64,000 nt of DNA from Malacoraja senta. Taxonomy: Eukaryota. Every line of letters begins with the position of its first letter. The stretch's first letter is position 1. The notes under the pieces are model-generated. The model saw nothing but the letters and a program-made list of their open reading frames with translations. It was not told the DNA's origin and searched no databases. The DNA lies in NCBI GenBank assembly GCA_038087875.1, contig JAXLNO010001705.1, positions 248,001-312,000 of the forward strand. The letters run 5' to 3'. Of the stretch, positions 30,201 through 41,512 are shown in pieces. The translations under genes were made by a program, and so were the position numbers.

Positions 30201-31350
30201 TTGACCTGACTTGACATGACATGGATTGACTTGACTTGAAATGGATTGACTTGAAATGGATTGACTTGATTGGACTTGACTTGAAATGTATTGACTTGAA
30301 CAGGATAGACCTGACTTGAAATGGATTGACTTGACTAGACGTGAAATTGATTGACTTGACTTGACCTGACTTGACATGACATGGATTGGCTTGACTTGAA
30401 ATTGATTGGCTTGTGTTGAGTTGAAATGGATTGACTTGACATTACTTGACTTGAAATTGGTTGACTTGACCTGAAATGCATTGACTTGACATGAAATGGA
30501 TTGACTTGACTTGACTTGAATTGAAATGGATTAACTTGACATGAAATTGATTGACTTGATTTGAAATGGATTGACATGAATTGAAATGGATTGACTTGAC
30601 TTGACTGAACGTGAAATGGATTGACTTGACTTGTCTTGACTTGAAATGGACTTGACTTGACCTGACTTGAAATGGATTGACTTGACTTGACAAGGATTGA
30701 CTTGACTTGACCTGACTTGACATGACATGGATTGACGACTTGAATTGGATTGACTTGATCTGACTTGAAATTGATTGACTTGACTTGACTTAACATTGTT
30801 TGACTTGACTTAAAATTGATTGACTTGACATGAAATGGATTGACTTGACTTGACTTTAAATGGATTGACTTGACTTGAAATTGATTGACTTGACTTGACC
30901 TGACTTGACATGACATGGATTGACTTGACTTGAAATGGATTGACTTGAAATGGATTGACTTGACTGGACTTGACTTGAAATTGATTGACTTGACTTGAAA
31001 TGGATTGACTTGACTTGACTTGAACTGGATAGACCTGACTTGAAATGGATTGACTTGACTAGACGTGAAATTGATTGACTTGATTTGACCTGACTTGACA
31101 TGACATGGATTCGCTTGACTTGAAATGAATTGGCTTGAAATGGATTGACTTGACATTACTTGACTTGAAATTGGTTGAGTTGACTTGAAATGGATTGACT
31201 TGACATGAAATGGATTGACTTGACTTGACTTGACTTGACTTGAATTGAAATGGATTAACTTGACATGAAATTGATTGACTTGATTTGAAATGGATTGACA
31301 TGAATTGAAATGGATTGACTTGACTTTACTTGACTTGAAATTGATTGACT

Positions 31351-31416
31351 TGTGCGAGATGGGATATACTTATCTTGACTACTGGGGAGGAGGCACCATG
31401 TTAACGGTAACCAACG
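31351..31416 (+). pseudogene. IGHJ: Pre-joined VH-end/D/JH remnant: TGTGCGAGA (CAR) + 11-nt junction TGGGATATACT + JH YLDYWGGGTMLTVTN
   Basis: WGxG J motif followed by the phase-1 donor G|GTAAGA at 31416/31417. No heptamer-spacer-nonamer upstream. The CAR frame and J frame differ, and the CAR frame reaches TAA at 31402-31404. Confidence 0.88.
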
Positions 31417-31957
31417 GTAAGAAACTTCATCATATTCAGTCGCTAGATGTATCCCGTTGTAATTTTATTTTATATTTCCAATAATTGTATTAAATAGTTC
31501 GTCTGCGTCAATTCCCATTCATTGCAATGTTGGATCGATGTTGCTTTAGAATGTTATGTGATTTCGCTGCAGTGAGATTCCTGAAATAAACTTGCTTTGA
31601 CTTTCGATCATTTGACGATGAAACGGATGTGATTTAGTTTCTAATTAGTCGAAAAATGTGCATGAACTTCATTATGCTTTCAAATTGTTTGAGATTTTTG
31701 TTGTCATAGATCAACGATGCATCTAACTGTGTTTTCTGATCAACAGCTGCTACTTTGTCACGGTTTGTTTGATCTCAGCGCATATGAAACAAACGATTGA
31801 AAGGGATAAATCCTGGGTGTAAAATGTTCAAGTTTTGTATTTAAGAAATGTATCTATTAATTGGTGGAATCGCGTTGCCACCTTTAATCCAATTACTAAC
31901 ACAACTTGCATTGAAGAAATAACATTTTCTTGCAGCAAAACACAGATGTGCAAAGTT

Positions 31958-33470
31958 CTTTCAGGGTACTCAAGGCGGTGGCTCTCGAAATCGTGGAAGC
32001 ATTGGTAATCACTTTCCAATGTCCTATAGATTCTGGATCAGTTCCTGTGGATTGGAGGGTGGATAATGTTATCCCACTTTTCAAGAAAGGAAGGAGAGAG
32101 AAAGCATGGAATGACAGACCAGTTGGCCTGACATCGGTATCGGGGAAGATGCTGGAGTCGGTTATAAAATATGTAACAGCGGCGCATTTGGTTAGCAGTA
32201 ATATTATCGGTCCAAGTCAGCATGGATTTACGAAGGTGAAATCATGCATGACAAATCGTCTGGAGGTTTTTGAGGATGTAACAAGTAAAATGTACAAGGG
32301 AGAGCCAGTGGATGTAGTATACCTGAACGTTCAGAAAGCCTTTGACAAGGTCCTACACAGGAGGTTAGTGGGCAAAATTAGAGCACATGGTATCGAGGGT
32401 ATGGTATTGACATGAATAGAAAATTGGTTGGCGGACAGGCAACAAAGAGTAGGGATTAACGGGTCCCTTTCAAAATAGGGTTTCGCCAGGCTCGTTGCTG
32501 AGACTGCAGCTATTTACAATATACATTCATGATTTAGATGAAGGAAGTAAAGGTAACATGAGCAAATTTGCAGATGACACAAAGCAGGTTGGCAGTGTGA
32601 ACTGTGAAGAAGATGCTATGAGGATGCAACGTGATTTGGACAGGTTGGGTGAATGGGCAGATTGGAAGATGCATTATAATGTGGATAAATGTGAGGTTAT
32701 CCAATTTGGAGCAAGAACGGGAAGGCAGATTATTATCTGAATGGTGTCAGGTTAGGAAAAGGGGAAGTACAACGAGACCTGGGTATCCTAGTACATCAGT
32801 AACTGAAATTAAGCATACAGGTACATCAGGCAGTGAAGAAACCTAATGGCATGTTGGCCTACATAAAGAGAGCAGTTGAGTTTCGGAGCAAAGAAGTCCT
32901 CCTGCAGTTGTACAAGCCCATGGTGAGACCACACCTGGAGTATTGTGTGCAGTTTTGCTCTCCTAATTTGAAGCAGGACATTCTTGCTATTGAGGGAGTG
33001 CAGCGTAGGTTCACGAGGTTAATGCCGGGGTGGCGGGACTGACATGGAGAAAGAATGGAGCGCCTCGGCTTGTTTTCACTGGAATTTAGAAGGAAGAGAG
33101 GGAATCTTTAAAAAAAACATATACAATTATTAAGGGATTAGACAGCGTAGATGCAGGAAACATGTTCCCGATGTTGAAGGAGTCCAGAACCAGGGGCCAC
33201 AGTTTAAGAATAAGGGGAGCCCATTTGATACTGAGATGAGGAAAACCATTTTCACTCAGAGTTGTGAATTTGTGGAATTCTCTGCCTCAGAATGCAATGG
33301 AGGCCGATTCACTTGATGCATTCAAAAGAGTTAGATAGAGCTCTTAAGGCTAGCGGAATCAAGGGTATGGGGAGAAGGCAGGAACAGGGTACTGATTGTG
33401 GACGATCAGCCATGATTACATTGAATCCATCGAAGGGCCGAATGGCCTACTCCTGCACCTATTGTCTATG
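31958..33470 (+). mobile_element. CR1 LINE, 5'-truncated, RT region with frameshifts plus 3' UTR
   Basis: ORFs with QHGFTKVKSCMTNRL, VDVVYLNVQKAFDKV, SKFADDTK and VRPHLEYCVQF. The 3' end reads CCTACTCCTGCACCTATTGTCTAT. Confidence 0.92.
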
Positions 33471-33889
33471 TATCAGTGTAATCCATTTGTTATTGTGTTA
33501 TTCATTGTTATTTCAACAATGATTGGCTCGGTGGTCTTTGGACCAACTAATATCGATGGTCTATGGACAGAGATGTGTGGATTTTTGTGAAGAGTTTCAG
33601 TAAATGTGTGTTGTGCGATTCACCCCATCAGCGGTAGCATGCAGCCGTGCGGGAGACGATATCGTTGCGCAATTTGACGTTTTGGTACGTTCAATACGAA
33701 TGGCAACGACCGGATATTGCTCTTGTACGAAGTGTCGGATTAGGTTATTTGAATAAACGCAAAGAAGATATATGTTTAAAAATAAAAATAGGAAGAAATT
33801 TATATAAATTAATAGGACCAATAAATTCTGCAAACACTTATAGGGTCACGCAGCCTGTGGCGAAAGACAAATCGCAGGCAGGGGACCAG

Positions 33890-34170
33890 CAAGACAGCTG
33901 GTAGCGCCAGAGAACCGACTTCGTTCCCGAAATCAGTTGCAGACTGTATAGGAATTTCTGCGTTCTCCCTGTGGTTTCTTACTGGTGCTCTGCTTTACTC
34001 CCACATCGCGAAGACGTGCAGGTTTGCAGGTTAATTGACCTGTGTGAATGTCCCTGGTGTGTCGAGGTGGAAGCGATAGTGCGATAACGTAGAACGTGTG
34101 TGTCGCCGTGGATTCGGTTGGCAGAAAGATCTATTTCTTTGCTACATCTCTAATCTAAACTGAATTTGCC
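33890..34170 (+). mobile_element. Degenerate tRNA-derived V-SINE (HE1-like)
   Basis: Core GTTCTCCCTGTGG...GTGCTCTGCTTTACTCCCACATC...AAGACGTGCAGGTTTGCAGGTTAATTG resembles shark and ray V-SINEs. Confidence 0.55.
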
Positions 34171-34628
34171 ATGAAATGGTCATCCAAGTATCGTTGACCT
34201 GGAAATGTCTTGGTTTTCTCTTTCCACAGTTGCTGCCCAACCCGATGACACATGTCTCTATTTTCTGTTAAAGTAAACGAGTTCACCTATTTGGAAAATA
34301 CGTTAAATGTCAAATGGGAAATTTCGGAACAGCTGTAGTATTTAAATATTTTTTAATCCATGCATTTATTAGAAAGAAAATTTGAATTCATTTTTGTCTA
34401 AGGCTCCCAATGTCATTTAAACATAAAAACTTCCCTCTATTTACTAAATTGCTAATGAAAAATGACAGTTTTACGAATAGTTACGGTAAAAAAGAAATGA
34501 AAATTGGGGAAATGAAGTGAAATGTTGGAAACAAAATTGTCTCTGCTATTTTAATTATAGAATATGGTATCCCACTAATCCTTGAATAGAATCAGAATTT
34601 AAATCGATGGCTCATGGAAGGGTTTGAG

Positions 34629-34652
34629 TGACGTTCAAAATTAAATTTGCAT
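34629..34652 (+). promoter_or_regulatory. Perfect octamer ATTTGCAT (34645-34652) with adjacent TGACGT; candidate intronic enhancer motif
   Basis: Motifs seen directly. Octamer sites are established elements of Ig enhancers, but function here is untested. Confidence 0.3.
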
Positions 34653-35223
34653 TTATTTAATTAAAACATTGATTTAGCAGCATTGTGCAGTTTCACTATT
34701 GAAAGTAGACTTCCTCTATATGAATTAAAGACTTTTGCGGTTAAAGTCACGAAACAAAATTAGATTTTTTTTAAATAGATTGCAGGTTGTAATTTATGAT
34801 GGGATTCTTTTTTATTCGTTTCCTATCGGACAGTGATACAACATTAATCATTCGTTCTTCAGCGCCGATGATATTGTAAACGTAACTCGTTTTAAAGATG
34901 CTGGAAACGGAACTGAGCGTCATTGCAAAAACATTAATTGAATCCATTAAGGGACAGTCCATTGCAATGGTGCGCACAGACAAACATTTGAAATTTGTGC
35001 CAATTGACATGTTCTAACAATTTATATGCTACATTTAGTTTCCAGATGTTGTAGTACATAACGTTTATTAATTTAGACATTATATTGAGAGAGTTATTTA
35101 AAATCTTTACCTATGCAATCTCTTACATGTTTTTAATCTGGTATGAATGTAATGTTCTTATCCAATGTCGGCTGGTTTGCTTTTCAGCATTTACTTGCAA
35201 TTACTGTCGGCATACAAATGATG

Positions 35224-35306
35224 GTTTCGGCCCGAAACGTTGCCTATTTCCTTCGCTCCATAGATGCTGCTGCACCCGCTGAGTTTCTCCAACATTTTTG
35301 TGTACA
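35224..35306 (+). repeat. Short dispersed repeat of the type found at Penelope element termini (other copies about 40728-40808, 41200-41290, 60148-60240, 60400-60490 reversed, 63060-63240 reversed)
   Basis: Shared text CCCGAAACGT(T/C)...CCATAGATGCTGC...GCTGAGTT(T/A)CTCCAGCATTTT. Confidence 0.65.
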
Positions 35307-35599
35307 TACAAATGATCAATATATTTTCGTGCGTGATAGGAGGACAAAATACAGTACAAATTGATATTTTAGGTGTGTTATGTAACAGAGTCGTTAAATA
35401 ACAGAGCTACCAATTCAATCCCATCCACCTCCTTAGTTGGTTTCGTTCGATGGACACATTTTAGGGCAAATTTCACGAACAAGATTGTGATCGTTTATTT
35501 TTGTCTTCTCCCAATTTATGTTCGTGAGCCCGATATGGTAAACCAGATCCTTCCATTTTCTGTGATTTGATCGGATAATCTCTGAACTATTTATAAAAC

Positions 35600-36330
35600 C
35601 AAAATTCTTCCCTCCAAATCAAATGTTTTGCCATGGGCACTCTCATGGGCCCAAGCGAAACCTACCTAAATTGTTTAATTTTAATTAAATTAATGCAAAC
35701 GTAATTTTGAACGTCAGTCAAATCCTCCTTTGAACCATCGATTCCAATTCTCATTCTATTCAAGGATTAGTGGGATACCCGTTCTATAATTAAAATAGCA
35801 GAGACAATTTCGTTTCCAACATTCCACATAATTTCACCAATTTCCATTTGGTTGGGTACATGGAACAACCCCTGACACAGATTGGCCGATTCCCCGAACT
35901 CTTCCTCTTGTACCCATGCAGAACTCACGGACTTCATTAGCTACTAACTGAGACCCGACGATCAAATTTACCGGGTCCATCCCGGACATATACCTCCCCT
36001 TTGTTGATCTCACCGTCTCCATCGCAGGAGATGGACTAACGACTGACGTAAATTGCAAATCTAAGGACTCTCACAGCTATCAGGACCACAGCTTTTCCAA
36101 CCTTGCCTCCTGCAAAGACTCTATGTCCTACTACCAAATTCACCCTTCTCCGCGCAACTGCTCCCAAGATGAGTTGTTCCATACCAGGATATCCACGGTC
36201 CTCATTCTTTAGGGAGCGGGTATTCCCCAATTTTACCATAGATGAGGCCCTCACACTTGTCTACGCTGTATCCCGTAGTTCCGCCCTTACTCCATCATCC
36301 CCAGTCACAACAAGGAGTTTGGTGAGATTG
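35600..36330 (+). mobile_element. Penelope-like element RT fragment, interrupted by the right inverted-repeat arm
   Basis: QIKCFAMGTLMGPS at about 35613-35660 resumes as (F)GYMEQP after 35845, then HSFSNLASCKDSMSY and ELFHTRIS. These are decayed PLE RT motifs. Confidence 0.7.
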
Positions 36331-36680
36331 TAACCCATACGCCAACTTTAGTTATAGCCACTGAAGATTGAGCGTTCCTGAGAAACCCTGGGAATTTTAC
36401 AGTAATTAATACTGGAGGCCAATCGATATATTTCCAACTCGAGATTGTGCGTACATTTGACAGTAACTGCCAGATATTGGCACCCCAAAAAGTTTTCAGC
36501 CAATGTGTTCCAAGGTGGGATCAAGGCGGAATGTTGAACTAATAGCTTATGATAGTTAGGTGAAGTTTCATGAAATAGAATATTGCGCAACGAGTTGCTG
36601 AATAATGATTCGTCGCACTGAATATTTTGCAAAACGAGCAAGAGAGAGAGTTTAACATTCATGTGACCTTTGACTTGCAG

Positions 36681-36968
36681 CGGCTGCATCCGCCCCCAGC
36701 CCCTTCATTCTCTTCACCTGCGAGGATCACGGCTCCAGTGGTTCGTTCACCTACGGTTGTTTGGCGTTGGGCTATTTCCCTGCGGGCGCCAGTGTTTCTT
36801 GGAAGAAAGATGATACAGACCTGATCAATGGAGTGAAGACCTACCCGGCAGTTCAATAAGATGGGAACTTACACCCGGAGCAGCGAGCACCGAGGCGGAG
36901 GCAGGGGGAGGCCACATCTTCTGCGTGGTTCAGCACGACCAAAAAAGCGTATAAAGTGAAATTACCAG
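36681..36968 (+). pseudogene. IGHM: IgM CH1 exon with three frameshifts and a premature stop
   Basis: Acceptor TTGCAG| and donor G|GTTCGT. Reads AASAPSPFILFTCEDHGSSGSFTYGCLALGYFPAGASVSWKKDDTDLINGVKTYPAV then TAA at 36857-36859. NKMGTYTRSSE, TEAEAGGGHIFCVVQHDQK and AYKVKLP lie in successive shifted frames. Confidence 0.9.
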
Positions 36969-37005
36969 GTTCGTGTTGGGGTGCACCGATGCCGAGGGTG
37001 GAGTT

Positions 37006-37545
37006 GAGTCAAGAGTCAAGAGTGTTTTATTGTCATATTTCCCAGATAGAACAATTAAATTCTTGCTTGCTGCAGCGCAACAGAATATGTAAACATAATA
37101 AATAATATGATAAATGAGAGTGAGGAAAAAAATTTCAGTGTGTATATATACACATACTCACATATGTGTGTGTGTATATATATGTGTATACATAAATATA
37201 TATATAGATTAAAAAAACAAGCAATAACAGTGCAATAATAATAGTCTATTGTAGTTCAGAGCTTATAGAGGTTGCAGTGTTTAATAGCCTAGACGTTAAA
37301 TTTCACAGGCTCCTGTACCTTCTTCCCGATGGCAGTGGTGAGATGAGTGTGTGGCCAGCATGGTGTGGGTCTCTGATGATGTTGGCTGCCTTTTTTGAGG
37401 CAGCGACTCCGATACATCCCTTTGATGATGTAGAGGTCAGTGCCGGTTATAGACTGGGCAGTGATTACAACCTTTTGCAGTCTTTTCCGCTCCTGGACTT
37501 TCAAGTTACCAAACCAGTCCATGATGCAATGCATATAATTCGTGG
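37006..37545 (-). mobile_element. Rex1-type LINE 3' fragment
   Basis: Minus-strand ORF with WFGNLKVQERKRLQKVVITAQSITG...RSRCLKK. The 3' tail is (CTTGACT)n, seen as AGTCAAGAGTCAAG on the + strand. Confidence 0.8.
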
Positions 37546-38432
37546 GATTTGACAATTGAAGATAAGTACTTGACTTAATATGCCCTGTTCGGTTTTATTC
37601 TTCATGTCATACTGACGTGTAGAACGCTCACCTGGGCTCCACGTTCCACCTAGTCACAGACAGACAATTCATGTCTATATAGTAATGTGAAAGTGCGGAT
37701 GCATCCAGTGATGCAATGTAACATCTGGAACAATGACACAACTTCATTCTCAACTTATCCACTGATGTCTCAACAGAAAGTGACAATGTGCCTTTCCCGC
37801 CAATTATTCCAGCCCTTTGCTTCTTTTTTAAAAAATCAAACAACATCTGTTTCGATAAAACGGTGAGTCTTGTTTCCTGGCACCGAGGGGCGAGAGCGAT
37901 ATTCATAATACCGTAGCATTGTCGTTCGTTCTTGGGACGGAACGAAAGGCGGTGCTTCAATTATCGAGGCAATTCACCATTTACAAAATCATTAAAAAAT
38001 GACTTGGAAGAGAGCTTGAACAGAGTGATCATGTATTTATTATCATCACGAGCACATTCATATAATTCGTGAGGAACTGATCTATCCATAGACAAGTTAC
38101 ATTTTAACACGCGAACAATCGAAGCGGCTGAGTGCATCATGTTGAGAAAATTATCAAGATTATTAAAAGCACAGACACGGTCATTGAGGACAAAAGCAGA
38201 ACAGTCGACCCATTACAACCCTGTGACAACTACTTACGGAGCTATAATTTTCCCATTTACGAGCACTCGATGTACCATGATAAACAAATAATTTAGCCGC
38301 ATCTCTGCAAGTCCAAGTAAGTGGGCGGCTACGTTTTATCGGAAAAAGTGATTTTTTGTTGGTCAAAATAATGTGTCAATATTAATCGACGATTGTTTAA
38401 GAGCAATTCCAATGAAGTTTATTTTCTTTCAG

Positions 38433-38750
38433 ATCGCGTGGTACATCACCCAACCATCACCATTACCATAACTGCCCTTGATGAAATCAAGCGCAGCAAA
38501 AAAGCGATCGCCGTGTGTTTGGTCAACGATTTCACCCCAGTGAAATTTACTGTGAACTGGCTGACGATTGGAAAGCGATTGGATTCTGGCATCGTCACCT
38601 CTCCCGCCTTCCAGGTGAACGGTAACGGTAACTTCTTGGCGACCAGCCAGTTGACATTCCCAGCTGGAGAGTGGATCGGTGGTCCCGTCTATACCTGCCA
38701 AGTCAACCATGAAAAATATATTAAAAGCCAAAATATCAGTAGGTCGCCAG
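38433..38750 (+). CDS. IGHM: IgM CH2 exon, open and intact
   Basis: TTTCTTTCAG| acceptor and G|GTAAGA donor. DRVVHHPTITITITALDEIKRSKKAIAVCLVNDFTPVKFTVNWL...TSPAFQVNGNGNFLATSQLTFPAGEWIGGPVYTCQVNHEKYIKSQNISRSP carries the C1-set Cys-Trp-Cys and shark Cmu2 motifs. Confidence 0.93.
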
Positions 38751-38829
38751 GTAAGAAATACATCCGGGTATTAGTGTAAACATTAGCGCTCAAGGTGGTA
38801 GAACTTCACTGACATTGTGAAAGCCCATA

Positions 38830-40808
38830 TGTAGGAAAGAAGTGCTGATGCTGGTTTGCACCGAAAGTAGACACAAAGTGCCGGAGTAACAGCGGGTTAG
38901 ACAGCTCTGGAGAAAAGGAACGGGTGACGATTCGGGTCGAGACTCTTCTTCCGGCTAGAATCAGTGGAGAGGGAAACTAGAGGTATGAGAATGTACACAA
39001 AAGAAATTAATGAAAGGTATGAAAAGAACAAATCAAAGGCAGCAACGATGAACAAGGAAAGGTCGAGGCCACATTGGTCCGTTGTTGCTCCGGAAATGAT
39101 GATGACGAGTAGATACAAAGAGTGAAACGAAACAGGACCGCAAAGAAATTAGTAGGATAACGAGGGTGGGAGGTGAACGGAGAGCGATGGAATGCAAGGG
39201 TTACTTGAAATTAGAGAAGTCAATATTGATACCGCTGAGTTTTAGGTTCCCGAAGCGAAATATGAGGTGTTGTTCCTCCAATTTGCGTTTAGCTTCACTC
39301 TCACAGTGGAGGAAGCCCAGGACAGAACGGACAGTGTGGGAATGGGATGGGGTTTTAATGTGTTTGGGAAGATGGTGATCGCCTTGGACAAGGCGGACAG
39401 ACTGAGGTGTTCAGCGAAACGACCGCCACAGTCTGCGCTTTGGTTCACAGATGTACAGGAACCCACATCTAGAACAGCGGAAACAGTGGTTGGTGGAGGT
39501 GCAAGTGAACCTCTGCCTCATCTGAAAGGACTATCGGGGTCCCTGGATGAAGTCGCGTGAGGAGGTACCTGGATAATTGTTGCGTCTCCTGCAGTTGCAA
39601 GGGATGGGATGACTGCTGTAGGAAGGGATGAATTAAACAGGGATTTGTGGAGGGAATGTTCTCTGAGAAAGGCGGAAAGGGGTGGAGATGGTAAGATGTG
39701 ACCGATGGTGGAATCCCATTGGACCTGGCGAAAACGTCGGAGGATTAAGTGCAGAATGCGAAGGTTGATAGGGTGAAACGTGAGGACTATGGGGACTCCG
39801 TTCCCGTTAAGACGGGCGGAATGTGGGGGATGGGAGAAAGAGCGGAGCTGCGGGATATTGAGGAGACATGGGTGAGGGCATCATCTATGATAGTGGAGGG
39901 GAACCCCCGTTCCCCAAAGAATGATGACATCCCGGATGTCTTGGTGTGGTACAGCTCATCTTGGGTGCAGATACGATGGAGATGGTGGATAAGTGACCAA
40001 GGGTTAGAGTCTTTGCAGGAGGCAGGATGAGAAGTGTCACCCAGCAAGCTGTGGTTGTCCGAAGGTTTGTAATAGACGTTTGACGATAGCTTTCTCCTGT
40101 GATGGAGACGGTGAGATCAAGAAAGTGGAGGGAGGTCGGAGATGGTCCAAGTGAATTTGAGCGCAGGGTGGAAATTGGTAATGATAATAATGATGTCCGT
40201 GAGTTCTGCATTGGTGCAGGAAGTAGCCTTTTTGGAGTCGTCAATGTAGCGGAGAAAGAGGCAGCCATAGCTGGGGCCAATACGGGCCCATGCTACGCCT
40301 TTGATTTGGGGGAATTGGGAGGATTCTAATGAGACGTTGATGAGAGTGAGGAGCAGTTCCTTTAAACGGGTTAGAGTGTTAGTAGGGGGGTAATTTGTTG
40401 GTTCAGCGGTCCATGAAGAAACGTAGGGCATTAAGCCCTCCCTGATGGGGGATGGAGGTGTAGAGTGACTGAACCCCACAGTAAAGTTGAGGGCACTGGG
40501 GGCCGGAGAATGGAAGTAATTGAAGAGACGAAGGACGTGAGACGTGTCTTGCACATAGGTCGGCAGGGGTTGGATCAGAGGAGATAGGACGGAGTCGTGT
40601 TGCATGGAAATTATTTCAGGGGGACAGGAGCTGGCAGAAACAATTAATGGATTTTGGAGAGCTGGTGAAACCACACCATGCGGGCCGAGGAACGTTAAGG
40701 TACAGTGGTTTTGGAGGGCAGAAGGGTTTCGGCCCGAAACGTTACCTATTTCCTTCGCTCCATAGATGCTGCTGCACCCGCTGAGTTTCTCCAGCATTTT
40801 TGTGTACC
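38830..40808 (-). mobile_element. Penelope-like retroelement (RT plus GIY-YIG remnant), decayed
   Basis: QIKGVAW...GPSYGCLFLRYIDD...NFHPALKFTWTISD, HPASCKDS and GRFAEHL motifs, with terminal repeat-type ends. Confidence 0.85.
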
Positions 40809-41512
40809 TGTGATGAAATTAATGATGGTCTGCGAGATAATGGCCTGGTCTGTGGAGCCATGGTCCAGGTTTAAGTAGGAGGTGTCCAAGTGTTGGGATC
40901 TGGCCTCAGCCGGTAGAGGGCAGCACGCCAGACGACCAAGGCACCTCCCTTGTCGACGGGTTTGATGCTAATGTCAGAGTGCTGCAGTGTGAGTAAGGCG
41001 ACTGGAACGGTTAGAACGGCCGATGTCACGTTAACATTTAGAAATGGAAATGTTCAGGAGGGTAGAAGGCCATCCGGTAAAGTCCAAGAGGAGGAAGCCG
41101 GTGCAGAATGTATAAGTGGGTCATCAGTGGCAAGGAGGCGGAGATCCTTGTTTTTTTATTTGTACCTATTAATACCTCTACCCCCCCCCCCCCACTCTCA
41201 GTCTAAAGGAGGGTCTCGACCCGAAACGTCACATATTCATTTTCTGCAGAGATGGTGCCTGACCCGCTGAGTTACTCCAGCATTGCGTATCTATCGTGGT
41301 ATAGCCCATGGTGCGATCTCTCATTTAATTCGTTGTGTTGTCTGCACAGAGACAAAAGTCAGTTCAAGACGATTTAGGGTCATAGTTCCTAGAATCACTA
41401 CTCAGAAGCGATCATGTACACATTAAAGTTTTGGGGGCGGATGATTGGTGTAAACCTTGGATCCCGGTTACTCCTGGAAATGCTTATGTTGACATTAATT
41501 ATTGTGCCACAG

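Larger units (their letters stand above)
661..31350. repeat. Pentamer-based satellite array, ~30.7 kb, core units GACTT, GAAAT, GGATT, GAATT, GACAT, GACCT
   Basis: Continuous 5-bp periodic sequence such as TTGAAATGGATTGACTTGAC. It is interrupted only by the insertions at 25007-26045 and 26248-27246. Confidence 0.98.
34499..35844. repeat. ~180-bp inverted repeat pair (34499-34678 and 35666-35844) in the JH-CH1 intron
   Basis: AATGTTGGAAACAAAATTGTCTCTGCTATTTTAATTATAGAA...CCCACTAATCCTTGAATAGAAT is matched in reverse complement at about 35755-35822, and similarity extends on both sides. Confidence 0.85.

Noticed and set aside
770-31301. More than 150 minus-strand S/Q/K/V-rich ORFs (KSSQVNPFQV...)
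   Set aside because: Artefact of the satellite: (AAGTC)n and (ATTTC/AATCC) units lack stop codons on the minus strand. There are no splice signals or domain structure.
661-31350. Satellite as an Ig switch (S) region because of its pentamer structure
   Set aside because: It lies upstream of the VDJ rather than in the J-C intron, and it lacks AGCT/GAGCT and G-cluster motifs. The core GACTT/AAGTC is not a WRC/GYW AID hotspot.
661-31350. CRISPR-like or telomeric array
   Set aside because: No repeat-spacer structure and no TTAGGG; the context is eukaryotic.
31344-31354. GACTTGTG as a decayed JH heptamer (CACTGTG)
   Set aside because: No nonamer or spacer upstream, the J would be abnormally long, and TGTGCGAGA is the canonical VH C-A-R end. 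Retained only as a refutation test.
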